NCBI GenBank assembly: GCA_964016885.1
Contig: OZ024758.1
Span: 37,386,001-37,450,000, forward strand
DNA from: Eledone cirrhosa
Lineage: Eukaryota
Direction: 5' to 3'
Length of the DNA: 64,000 nucleotides
Position 1 is the first letter of the stretch. Every line of letters starts with the position of its first letter. This document shows, piece by piece, positions 38,750-52,100 of this stretch. Both the position numbers and the translations under genes were made by a program. The notes under the pieces are model-generated. The model worked only from the letters and a program-made list of their open reading frames with translations. It searched no databases and was not told the DNA's origin.

Positions 38750-40200
38750 TTCATGGTATTAGCTGTCAGAAGGAACTCCAATGTTGGTGAGAATTCATTT
38801 AAGTCATGGTACTAGCTGTCAGAAGTAACTCCACTGTTGGTGAGAATTCATTTAAGTTCATGGTATTAGCTGTCAGAAGTAACTCCAATGTTGGTGAGAA
38901 TTCATTTAAGTTCATGGTATTAGCTGTCAGAAGTAACGCCACAGTTGGTGAGAATTCATTTAAGTTCATGGTATTAGCTGTCAGAAGTAACTCCACTGTT
39001 GGTGAGAGTTCATTTAAGTTCATGGTATTAGCTGTCAGAAGGAACTCCAATGTTGGTGAGAATTCATTTAAGTCATGGTACTAGCTGTCAGAAGTAACTC
39101 CACTGTTGGTGAGAATTCATTTAAGTTCATGGTATTAGCTGTCAGAAGTAACTCCAATGTTGGTGAGAATTCATTTAAGTTCATGGTATTAGCTGTCAGA
39201 AGTAACGCCACAGTTGGTGAGAATTCATTTAAGTTCATGGTATTAGCTGTCAGAAGTAACTCCACTGTTGGTGAGAGTTCATTTAAGTTCATGGTACTAG
39301 CTGTCAGAAGTAACTCCACTGTTGGTGAGAATTCATTTAAGTCATGGTATTAGTTGTCAGAAGGAACTCCAATGTTGGTGAGAATTCATTTAAGTTCATG
39401 GTATTAGTTTGTCAGAAGTAACTCCACTGTTGGTGAGAATTCATTTAAGTCATGGTATTAGTTGTCAGAAGTAACTCCAATGTTGGTGAGAATTCATTTA
39501 AGCCATGGTACTAGCTGTCAGAAGTAACTCCAATGTTGGTGAGAATTCATTTAAGTTCATGGTATTAGCTGTCAGAACGAACTCCACTGTTGGTGAGAAT
39601 TCATTTAAGTTCATGGTATTAGCTGTCAGAAGTAACTCCACTGTTGGTGAGAATTCATTTAAGTTCATGGTACTAGCTGTCAGAAGTAACTCCAATGTTG
39701 GTGAGAATTCATTTAAGTTCATGGTATTAGCTGTCAGAAGTAACTCCACTGTTGGTGAGAGTTCATTTAAGTCATGGTATTAGCTGTCAGAAGTAACTCC
39801 AATGTTGGTGAGAATTCATTTAAGTTCATGGTATTAGCTGTCAGAAGTAACGCCACAGTTGGTGAGAATTCATTTAAGTTCATGGTATTAGCTGTCAGAA
39901 GTAACTCCACTGTTGGTGAGAGTTCATTTAAGTTCATGGTATTAGCTGTCAGAAGGAACTCCAATGTTGGTGAGAATTCATTTAAGTCATGGTACTAGCT
40001 GTCAGAAGTAACTCCACTGTTGGTGAGAATTCATTTAAGTTCATGGTATTAGCTGTCAGAAGTAACTCCAATGTTGGTGAGAATTCATTTAAGTTCATGG
40101 TATTAGCTGTCAGAAGTAACGCCACAGTTGGTGAGAATTCATTTAAGTTCATGGTATTAGCTGTCAGAAGTAACTCCACTGTTGGTGAGAATTCATTTAA
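38750..40200. repeat. Short-period shuffled zone: 269-bp (5-monomer) repeats nested in a 914-bp offset
   Basis: The aacgccacag marker is at 38938, 39207, 39852 and 40121 (spacings 269, 645, 269). 38806>39075 = 269 and 39075>39989 = 914. Confidence 0.8.
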
Positions 40201-42539
40201 GTTCATGGTATTAGCTGTCAGAAGGAACTCCACTGTTGGTGAGAATTCATTTAAGTTCATGGTACTAGCTGTCAGAAGTAACTCCACTGTTGGTGAGAAT
40301 TCATTTAAGTTCATGGTATTAGTTTGTCAGAAGTAACTCCACTGTTGGTGAGAATTCATTTAAGTCATGGTATTAGTTGTCAGAAGTAACTCCAATGTTG
40401 GTGAGAATTCATTTAAGTTCATGGTATTAGCTGTCAGAAGGAACTCCACTGTTGGTGAGAATTCATTTAAGTTCATGGTATTAGCTGTCAGAAGGAACTC
40501 CAATGTTGGTGAGAATTCATTTAAGTTCATGGTATTAGCTGTCAGAAGGAACTCCACTGTTGGTGAGAATTCATTTAAGTTCATGGTATTAGCTGTCAGA
40601 AGGAACTCCAATGTTGGTGAGAATTCATTTAAGTCATGGTACTAGCTGTCAGAAGTAACTCCAATGTTGGTGAGAATTCATTTAAGTCATGGTACTAGCT
40701 GTCAGAAGTAACTCCAATGTTGGTGAGAATTCATTTAAGTTCATGGTATTAGCTGTCAGAAGGAACTCCACTGTTGGTGAGAATTCATTTAAGTTCATGG
40801 TATTAGCTGTCAGAAGTAACTCCACTGTTGGTGAGAATTCATTTAAGTTCATGGTATTAGCTGTCAGAAGTAACTCCACTGTTGGTGAGAATTCATTTAA
40901 GTTCATGGTACTAGCTGTCAGAAGTAACTCCAATGTTGGTGAGAATTCATTTAAGTTCATGGTATTAGCTGTCAGAAGTAACTCCACTGTTGGTGAGAAT
41001 TCATTTAAGTCATGGTATTAGCTGTCAGAAGTAACTCCAATGTTGGTGAGAATTCATTTAAGTTCATGGTATTAGCTGTCAGAAGTAACTCCAATGTTGG
41101 TGAGAATTCATTTAAGTTCATGGTATTAGCTGTCAGAAGGAACTCCACTGTTGCTGAGAATTCATTTAAGTTCATGGTATTAGCTGTCAGAAGTAACTCC
41201 ACTGTTGGTGAGAATTCATTTAAGTTCATGGTACTAGCTGTCAGAAGTAACTCCACTGTTGGTGAGAATTCATTTAAGTTCATGGTATTAGCTGTCAGAA
41301 GTCACTCCAATGTTGGTGAGAATTCATTTAAGTTCATGGTATTAGCTGTCAGAAGTCACTCCACTGTTGGTGAGAATTCATTTAAGTTCATGGTACTAGC
41401 TGTCAGAAGTAACCCCAATGTTGGTGAGAATTCATTTAAGTTCATGGTATTAGCTATCAGAAGTCACTCCAATGTTTGTGAGAATTCATTTAAGTTCATG
41501 GTATTAGCTGTCAGAAGTAACTCCACTGTTGGTGAGAATTCATTTAAGTTCATGGTATTAGCTGTCAGAAGTAACTCCACTGTTGGTGAGAATTCATTTA
41601 AGTTCATGGTATTAGCTGTCAGAAGGAACTCCACTGTTGGTGAGAATTCATTTAAGTTCATGGTACTAGCTGTCAGAAGTAACTCCACTGTTGGTGAGAA
41701 TTCATTTAAGTTCATGGTATTAGTTTGTCAGAAGTAACTCCACTGTTGGTGAGAATTCATTTAAGTCATGGTATTAGTTGTCAGAAGTAACTCCAATGTT
41801 GGTGAGAATTCATTTAAGCCATGGTACTAGCTGTCAGAAGTAACTCCAATGTTGGTGAGAATTCATTTAAGTTCATGGTATTAGCTGTCAGAACGAACTC
41901 CACTGTTGGTGAGAATTCATTTAAGTTCATGGTATTAGCTGTCAGAAGTAACTCCACTGTTGGTGAGAATTCATTTAAGTTCATGGTACTAGCTGTCAGA
42001 AGTAACTCCAATGTTGGTGAGAATTCATTTAAGTTCATGGTATTAGCTGTCAGAAGTAACTCCACTGTTGGTGAGAGTTCATTTAAGTCATGGTATTAGC
42101 TGTCAGAAGTAACTCCAATGTTGGTGAGAATTCATTTAAGTTCATGGTATTAGCTGTCAGAAGTAACTCCACTGTTGGTGAGAATTCATTTAAGTTCATG
42201 GTATTAGCTGTCAGAAGTAACTCCACTGTTGGTGAGAATTCATTTAAGTTCATGGTACTAGCTGTCAGAAGTAACTCCACTGTTGGTGAGAATTCATTTA
42301 AGTTCATGGTATTAGTTTGTCAGAAGTAACTCCACTGTTGGTGAGAATTCATTTAAGTCATGGTATTAGTTGTCAGAAGTAACTCCAATGTTGGTGAGAA
42401 TTCATTTAAGTTCATGGTATTAGCTGTCAGAAGGAACTCCACTGTTGGTGAGAATTCATTTAAGTTCATGGTATTAGCTGTCAGAAGGAACTCCAATGTT
42501 GGTGAGAATTCATTTAAGTCATGGTACTAGCTGTCAGAA

Positions 42540-45500
42540 GTAACTCCACTGTTGGTGAGAATTCATTTAAGTTCATGGTATTAGCTGTCAGAAGTAACTC
42601 CACTGTTGGTGAGAATTCATTTAAGTTCATGGTACTAGCTGTCAGAAGTAACTCCAATGTTGGTGAGAATTCATTTAAGTTCATGGTATTAGTTTGTCAG
42701 AAGTAACTCCACTGTTGGTGAGAATTCATTTAAGTCATGGTATTAGTTGTCAGAAGTAACTCCAATGTTGGTGAGAATTCATTTAAGCCATGGTACTAGC
42801 TGTCAGAAGTAACTCCAATGTTGGTGAGAATTCATTTAATTTCATGGTATTAGCTGTCAGAACGAACTCCACTGTTGGTGAGAATTCATTTAAGTTCATG
42901 GTATTAGCTGTCAGAAGTAACTCCACTGTTGGTGAGAATTCATTTAAGTTCATGGTACTAGCTGTCAGAAGTAACTCCAATGTTGGTGAGAATTCATTTA
43001 AGTTCATGGTATTAGCTGTCCGAAGTAACTCCACTGTTGGTGAGAATTCATTTAAGTCATGGTATTAGCTGTCAGAAGTAACTCCAATGTTGGTGAGAAT
43101 TCATTTAAGTTCATGTTATTAGCTGTCAGAAGTAACTCCAATGTTGGTGAGAATTCATTTAAGTTCATGGTATTAGCTGTCAGAAGGAACTCCACTGTTG
43201 GTGAGAATTCATTTAAGTTCATGGTATTAGCTGTCAGAAGGAACTCCAATGTTGGTGAGAATTCATTTAAGTCATGGTACTAGCTGTCAGAAGTAACTCC
43301 ACTGTTGGTGAGAATTCATTTAAGTTCATGGTATTAGCTGTCAGAAGTAACTCCACTGTTGGTGAGAATTCATTTAAGTTCATGGTACTAGCTGTCAGAA
43401 GTAACTCCAATGTTGGTGAGAATTCATTTAAGTTCATGGTATTAGTTTGTCAGAAGTAACTCCACTGTTGGTGAGAATTCATTTAAGTCATGGTATTAGT
43501 TGTCAGAAGTAACTCCAATGTTGGTGAGAATTCATTTAAGCCATGGTACTAGCTGTCAGAAGTAACTCCAATGTTGGTGAGAATTCATTTAATTTCATGG
43601 TATTAGCTGTCAGAACGAACTCCACTGTTGGTGAGAATTCATTTAAGTTCATGGTATTAGCTGTCAGAAGTAACTCCACTGTTGGTGAGAATTCAGTTAA
43701 GTTCATGGTACTAGCTGTCAGAAGTAACTCCAATGTTGGTGAGAATTCATTTAAGTTCATGGTATTAGCTGTCAGAAGTAACTCCACTGTTGGTGAGAAT
43801 TCATTTAAGTTCATGGTATTAGCTGTCAGAAGGAACTCCACTGTTGGTGAGAATTCATTTAAGTTCATGGTATTAGCTGTCAGAAGTAACTCCACTGTTG
43901 GTGAGAATTCATTTAAGTCATGGTATTAGCTGTCAGAAGTAACTCCATTGTTGGTGAGAATTCATTTAAGTCATGGTACTAGCTGTCAGAAGTAACTCCA
44001 ATGTTGGTGAGAATTCATTTAAGTCATGGTACTAGCTGTCAGAAGTAACTCCAATGTTGGTGAGAATTCATTTAAGTTCATGGTATTAGCTGTCAGAAGG
44101 AACTCCACTGTTGGTGAGAATTCATTTAAGTTCATGGTATTAGCTGTCAGAAGTAACTCCACTGTTGGTGAGAATTCATTTAAATTCATGGTATTAGCTG
44201 TCAGAAGTAACTCCACTGTTGGTGAGAATTCATTTAAGTTCATGGTACTAGCTGTCAGAAGTAACTCCAATGTTGGTGAGAATTCATTTAAGTTCATGGT
44301 ATTAGCTGTCCGAAGTAACTCCACTGTTGGTGAGAATTCATTTAAGTCATGGTATTAGCTGTCAGAAGTAACTCCAATGTTGGTGAGAATTCATTTAAGT
44401 TCATGTTATTAGCTGTCAGAAGTAACTCCAATGTTGATGAGAATTCATTTAAGTTCATGGTATTAGCTGTCAGAAGGAACTCCACTGTTGCTGAGAATTC
44501 ATTTAAGTTCATGGTATTAGCTGTCAGAAGTAACTCCACTGTTGGTGAGAATTCATTTAAGTTCATGGTACTAGCTGTCAGAAGTAACTCCACTGTTGGT
44601 GAGAATTCATTTAAGTTCATGGTATTAGCTGTCAGAAGTCACTCCAATGTTGGTGAGAATACATTTAAGTTCATGGTATTAGCTGTCAGAAGTCACTCCA
44701 CTGTTGGTGAGAATTCATTTAAGTTTATGGTACTAGCTGTCAGAAGTAACCCCAATGTTGGTGAGAATTCATTTAAGTTCATGGTATTAGCTATCAGAAG
44801 TCACTCCAATGTTGGTGAGAATTCATTTAAGTTCATGGTATTAGCTGTCAGAAGTAACTCCACTGTTGGTGAGAATTCATTTAAGTTCATGGTATTAGCT
44901 GTCAGAAGTAACTCCACTGTTGGTGAGAATTCATTTAAGTTCATGGTATTAGCTGTCAGAAGGAACTCCACTGTTGGTGAGAATTCATTTAAGTTCATGG
45001 TACTAGCTGTCAGAAGTAACTCCACTGTTGGTGAGAATTCATTTAAGTTCATGGTATTAGCTGTCAGAAGTAACTCCACTGTTGGTGAGAATTCATTTAA
45101 GTTCATGGTATTAGCTGTCAGAAGTAACTCCACTGTTGGTGAGAATTCATTTAAGTTCATGGTATTAGCTGTCAGAAGGAACTCCACTGTTGCTGAGAAT
45201 TCATTTAAGTTCATGGTACTAGCTGTCAGAAGTAACTCCACTGTTGGTGAGAATTCATTTAAGTTCATGGTATTAGCTGTCAGAAGTAACTCCACTGTTG
45301 GTGAGAATTCATTTAAGTTCATGGTATTAGCTGTCAGAAGTAACTCCACTGTTGGTGAGAATTCATTTAAGTTCATGGTATTAGCTGTCAGAAGGAACTC
45401 CACTGTTGGTGAGAATTCATTTAAGTTCATGGTACTAGCTGTCAGAAGTAACTCCACTGTTGGTGAGAATTCATTTAAGTTCATGGTATTAGTTTGTCAG

Positions 45501-48500
45501 AAGTAACTCCACTGTTGGTGAGAATTCATTTAAGTCATGGTATTAGTTGTCAGAAGTAACTCCAATGTTGGTGAGAATTCATTTAAGCCATGGTACTAGC
45601 TGTCAGAAGTAACTCCAATGTTGGTGAGAATTCATTTAAGTTCATGGTATTAGCTGTCAGAACGAACTCCACTGTTGGTGAGAATTCATTTAAGTCCATG
45701 GTATTAGCTGTCAGAAGTAACTCCACTGTTGGTGAGAATTCATTTAAGTTCATGGTACTAGCTGTCAGAAGTAACTCCAATGTTGGTGAGAATTCATTTA
45801 AGTTCATGGTATTAGCTGTCAGAAGTAACTCCACTGTTGGTGAGAATTCATTTAAGTTCATGGTATTAGCTGTCAGAAGTAACTCCACTGTTGGTGAGAA
45901 TTCATTTAAGTTCATGGTACTAGCTGTCAGAAGTAACTCCAATGTTGGTGAGAATTCATTTAAGTTCATGGTATTAGTTTGTCAGAAGTAACTCCACTGT
46001 TGGTGAGAATTCATTTAAGTCATGGTATTAGTTGTCAGAAGTAACTCCAATGTTGGTGAGAATTCATTTAAGCCATGGTACTAGCTGTCAGAAGTAACTC
46101 CAATGTTGGTGAGAATTCATTTAATTTCATGGTATTAGCTGTCAGAACGAACTCCACTGTTGGTGAGAATTCATTTAAGTTCATGGTATTAGCTGTCAGA
46201 AGTAACTCCACTGTTGGTGAGAATTCATTTAAGTTCATGGTACTAGCTGTCAGAAGTAACTCCAATGTTGGTGAGAATTCATTTAAGTTCATGGTATTAG
46301 CTGTCCGAAGTAACTCCACTGTTGGTGAGAATTCATTTAAGTCATGGTATTAGCTGTCAGAAGTAACTCCAATGTTGGTGAGAATTCATTTAAGTTCATG
46401 TTATTAGCTGTCAGAAGTAACTCCAATGTTGGTGAGAATTCATTTAAGTTCATGGTATTAGCTGTCAGAAGGAACTCCACTGTTGGTGAGAATTCATTTA
46501 AGTTCATGGTATTAGCTGTCAGAAGGAACTCCAATGTTGGTGAGAATTCATTTAAGTCATGGTACTAGCTGTCAGAAGTAACTCCACTGTTGGTGAGAAT
46601 TCATTTAAGTTCATGGTATTAGCTGTCAGAAGTAACTCCACTGTTGGTGAGAATTCATTTAAGTTCATGGTACTAGCTGTCAGAAGTAACTCCAATGTTG
46701 GTGAGAATTCATTTAAGTTCATGGTATTAGTTTGTCAGAAGTAACTCCACTGTTGGTGAGAATTCATTTAAGTCATGGTATTAGTTGTCAGAAGTAACTC
46801 CAATGTTGGTGAGAATTCATTTAAGCCATGGTACTAGCTGTCAGAAGTAACTCCAATGTTGGTGAGAATTCATTTAATTTCATGGTATTAGCTGTCAGAA
46901 CGAACTCCACTGTTGGTGAGAATTCATTTAAGTTCATGGTATTAGCTGTCAGAAGTAACTCCACTGTTGGTGAGAATTCAGTTAAGTTCATGGTACTAGC
47001 TGTCAGAAGTAACTCCAATGTTGGTGAGAATTCATTTAAGTTCATGGTATTAGCTGTCAGAAGTAACTCCACTGTTGGTGAGAATTCATTTAAGTTCATG
47101 GTATTAGCTGTCAGAAGGAACTCCACTGTTGGTGAGAATTCATTTAAGTTCATGGTATTAGCTGTCAGAAGTAACTCCACTGTTGGTGAGAATTCATTTA
47201 AGTCATGGTATTAGCTGTCAGAAGTAACTCCATTGTTGGTGAGAATTCATTTAAGTCATGGTACTAGCTGTCAGAAGTAACTCCAATGTTGGTGAGAATT
47301 CATTTAAGTCATGGTACTAGCTGTCAGAAGTAACTCCAATGTTGGTGAGAATTCATTTAAGTTCATGGTATTAGCTGTCAGAAGGAACTCCACTGTTGGT
47401 GAGAATTCATTTAAGTTCATGGTATTAGCTGTCAGAAGTAACTCCACTGTTGGTGAGAATTCATTTAAATTCATGGTATTAGCTGTCAGAAGTAACTCCA
47501 CTGTTGGTGAGAATTCATTTAAGTTCATGGTACTAGCTGTCAGAAGTAACTCCAATGTTGGTGAGAATTCATTTAAGTTCATGGTATTAGCTGTCCGAAG
47601 TAACTCCACTGTTGGTGAGAATTCATTTAAGTCATGGTATTAGCTGTCAGAAGTAACTCCAATGTTGGTGAGAATTCATTTAAGTTCATGTTATTAGCTG
47701 TCAGAAGTAACTCCAATGTTGATGAGAATTCATTTAAGTTCATGGTATTAGCTGTCAGAAGGAACTCCACTGTTGCTGAGAATTCATTTAAGTTCATGGT
47801 ATTAGCTGTCAGAAGTAACTCCACTGTTGGTGAGAATTCATTTAAGTTCATGGTACTAGCTGTCAGAAGTAACTCCACTGTTGGTGAGAATTCATTTAAG
47901 TTCATGGTATTAGCTGTCAGAAGTCACTCCAATGTTGGTGAGAATACATTTAAGTTCATGGTATTAGCTGTCAGAAGTCACTCCACTGTTGGTGAGAATT
48001 CATTTAAGTTTATGGTACTAGCTGTCAGAAGTAACCCCAATGTTGGTGAGAATTCATTTAAGTTCATGGTATTAGCTATCAGAAGTCACTCCAATGTTGG
48101 TGAGAATTCATTTAAGTTCATGGTATTAGCTGTCAGAAGTAACTCCACTGTTGGTGAGAATTCATTTAAGTTCATGGTATTAGCTGTCAGAAGTAACTCC
48201 ACTGTTGGTGAGAATTCATTTAAGTTCATGGTATTAGCTGTCAGAAGGAACTCCACTGTTGGTGAGAATTCATTTAAGTTCATGGTACTAGCTGTCAGAA
48301 GTAACTCCACTGTTGGTGAGAATTCATTTAAGTTCATGGTATTAGCTGTCAGAAGTAACTCCACTGTTGGTGAGAATTCATTTAAGTTCATGGTATTAGC
48401 TGTCAGAAGTAACTCCACTGTTGGTGAGAATTCATTTAAGTTCATGGTATTAGCTGTCAGAAGGAACTCCACTGTTGCTGAGAATTCATTTAAGTTCATG

Positions 48501-49109
48501 GTACTAGCTGTCAGAAGTAACTCCACTGTTGGTGAGAATTCATTTAAGTTCATGGTATTAGCTGTCAGAAGTAACTCCACTGTTGGTGAGAATTCATTTA
48601 AGTTCATGGTATTAGCTGTCAGAAGTAACTCCACTGTTGGTGAGAATTCATTTAAGTTCATGGTATTAGCTGTCAGAAGGAACTCCACTGTTGGTGAGAA
48701 TTCATTTAAGTTCATGGTACTAGCTGTCAGAAGTAACTCCACTGTTGGTGAGAATTCATTTAAGTTCATGGTATTAGTTTGTCAGAAGTAACTCCACTGT
48801 TGGTGAGAATTCATTTAAGTCATGGTATTAGTTGTCAGAAGTAACTCCAATGTTGGTGAGAATTCATTTAAGCCATGGTACTAGCTGTCAGAAGTAACTC
48901 CAATGTTGGTGAGAATTCATTTAAGTTCATGGTATTAGCTGTCAGAACGAACTCCACTGTTGGTGAGAATTCATTTAAGTCCATGGTATTAGCTGTCAGA
49001 AGTAACTCCACTGTTGGTGAGAATTCATTTAAGTTCATGGTACTAGCTGTCAGAAGTAACTCCAATGTTGGTGAGAATTCATTTAAGTTCATGGTATTAG
49101 CTGTCAGAA
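42540..49109. repeat. Tandem duplication with a 3,285-bp period (~61 monomers); junction at 45813-45845
   Basis: 42790>46075, 43059>46344, 43543>46828, 44349>47634 and 45590>48875 equal 3,285, with identical translations inside the block. Confidence 0.9.
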
Positions 49110-52100
49110 GTAACTCCACTGTTGGTGAGAGTTCATTTAAGTCATGGTATTAGCTGTCAGAAGTAACTCCAATGTTGGTGAGAATTCATTTAAGTTCATG
49201 GTATTAGCTGTCAGAAGTAACTCCACTGTTGGTGAGAATTCATTTAAGTTCATGGCATTAGCTGTCAGAAGTAACTCCACTGTTGGTGAGAATTCATTTA
49301 AGTTCATGGTACTAGCTGTCAGAAGTAACTCCACTGTTGGTGAGAATTCATTTAAGTTCATGGTATTAGTTTGTCAGAAGTAACTTCACTGTTGGTGAGA
49401 ATTCATTTAAGTCATGGTATTAGTTGTCAGAAGTAACTCCAATGTTGGTGAGAATTCATTTAAGTTCATGGTATTAGCTGTCAGAAGGAACTCCACTGTT
49501 GGTGAGAATTCATTTAAGTTCATGGTATTAGCTGTCAGAAGGAACTCCAATGTTGGTGAGAATTCATTTAAGTCATGGTACTAGCTGTCAGAAGTAACTC
49601 CACTGTTGGTGAGAATTCATTTAAGTTCATGGTATTAGCTGTCAGAAGGAACTCCAATGTTGGTGAGAATTCATTTAAGTTCATGGTATTAGCTGTCAGA
49701 AGTAACTCCACTGTTGGTGAGAATTCATTTAAGTCATGGTATTAGCTGTCAGAAGTAACTCCATTGTTGGTGAGAATTCATTTAAGTCATGGTACTAGCT
49801 GTCAGAAGTAACTCCAATGTTGGTGAGAATTCATTTAAGTCATGGTACTAGCTGTCAGAAGTAACTCCAATGTTGGTGAGAATTCATTTAAGTTCATGGT
49901 ATTAGCTGTCAGAAGGAACTCCACTGTTGGTGAGAATTCATTTAAGTTCATGGTATTAGCTGTCAGAAGTAACTCCACTGTTGGTGAGAATTCATTTAAG
50001 TTCATGGTATTAGCTGTCAGAAGTAACTCCACTGTTGGTGAGAATTCATTTAAGTTCATGGTACTAGCTGTCAGAAGTAACTCCAATGTTGGTGAGAATT
50101 CATTTAAGTTCATGGTATTAGCTGTCAGAAGTAACTCCACTGTTGGTGAGAATTCATTTAAGTTCATGGTATTAGCTGTCAGAAGTAACTCCAATGTTGG
50201 TGAGAATTCATTTAAGTTCATGGTATTAGCTGTCAGAAGTAACTCCAATGTTGGTGAGAATTCATTTAAGTTCATGGTATTAGCTGTCAGAAGGAACTCC
50301 ACTGTTGCTGAGAATTCATTTAAGTTCATGGTATTAGCTGTCAGAAGTAACTCCACTGTTGGTGACAATTCATTTAAGTTCATGGTACTAGCTGTCAGAA
50401 GTAACTCCACTGTTGGTGAGAATTCATTTAAGTTCATGGTATTAGCTGTCAGAAGTCACTCCAATGTTGGTGAGAATTCATTTAAGTTCATGGTATTAGC
50501 TGTCAGAAGTAACTCCACTGTTGGTGAGAATTCATTTAAGTTCATGGTATTAGCTGTCAGAAGTAACTCCACTGTTGGTGAGAATTCATTTAAGTTCATG
50601 GTATTAGCTGTCAGAAGGAACTCCACTGTTGGTGAGAATTCATTTAAGTTCATGGTACTAGCTGTCAGAAGTAACCCTAATGTTGGTGAGAATTCATTTA
50701 AGTTCATGGTATTAGCTGTCAGAAGTCACTCCAATGTTGGTGAGAATTCATTTAAGTTCATGGTATTAGCTGTCAGAAGTAACTCCACTGTTGGTGAGAA
50801 TTCATTTAAGTTCATGGTATTAGCTGTCAGAAGTAACTCCACTGTTGGTGAGAATTCATTTAAGTTCATGGTATTAGCTGTCAGAAGGAACTCCACTGTT
50901 GGTGAGAATTCATTTAAGTTCATGGTACTAGCTGTCAGAAATAACTCCACTGTTGGTGAGAATTCATTTAAGTTCATGGTATTAGTTTGTCAGAAGTAAC
51001 TCCACTGTTGGTGAGAATTCATTTAAGTCATGGTATTAGTTGTCAGAAGTAACTCCAATGTTGGTGAGAATTCATTTAAGCCATGGTACTAGCTGTCAGA
51101 AGTAACTCCAATGTTGGTGAGAATTCATTTAAGTTCATGGTATTAACTGTCAGAACGAACTCCACTGTTGGTGAAAATTCATTTAAGTTCATGGTATTAG
51201 CTGTCAGAAGTAACTCCACTGTTGGTGAGAATTCATTTAAGTTCATGGTACTAGCTGTCAGAAGTAACTCCAATGTTGGTGAGAATTCATTTAAGTTCAT
51301 GGTATTAGCTGTCAGAAGTAACTCCACTGTTGGTGAGAGTTCATTTAAGTCATGGTATTAGCTGTCAGAAGTAACTCCAATGTTGGTGAGAATTCATTTA
51401 AGTTCATGGTATTAGCTGTCAGAATTAACTCCACTGTTGGTGAGAATTCATTTAAGTTCATGGTATTAGCTGTCAGAAGTAACTCCACTGTTGGTGAGAA
51501 TTCATTTAAGTTCATGGTACTAGCTGTCAGAAGTAACTCCACTGTTGGTGAGAATTCATTTAAGTTCATGGTATTAGTTTGTCAGAAGTAACTCCACTGT
51601 TGGTGAGAATTCATTTAAGTCATGGTATTAGTTGTCAGAAGTAACTCCAATGTTGGTGAGAATTCATTTAAGTTCATGGTATTAGCTGTCAGAAGGAACT
51701 CCACTGTTGGTGAGAATTCATTTAAGTTCATGGTATTAGCTGTCAGAAGGAACTCCAATGTTGGTGAGAATTCATTTAAGTCATGGTACTAGCTGTCAGA
51801 AGTAACTCCACTGTTGGTGAGAATTCATTTAAGTTCATGGTATTAGCTGTCAGAAGGAACTCCACTGTTGGTGAGAATTCATTTAAGTTCATGGTACTAG
51901 CTGTCAGAAGTAACTCCACTGTTGGTGAGAATTCATTTAAGTTCATGGTATTAGTTTGTCAGAAGTAACTCCACTGTTGGTGAGAATTCATTTAAGTCAT
52001 GGTATTAGTTGTCAGAAGTAACTCCAATGTTGGTGAGAATTCATTTAAGCCATGGTACTAGCTGTCAGAAGTAACTCCAATGTTGGTGAGAATTCATTTA

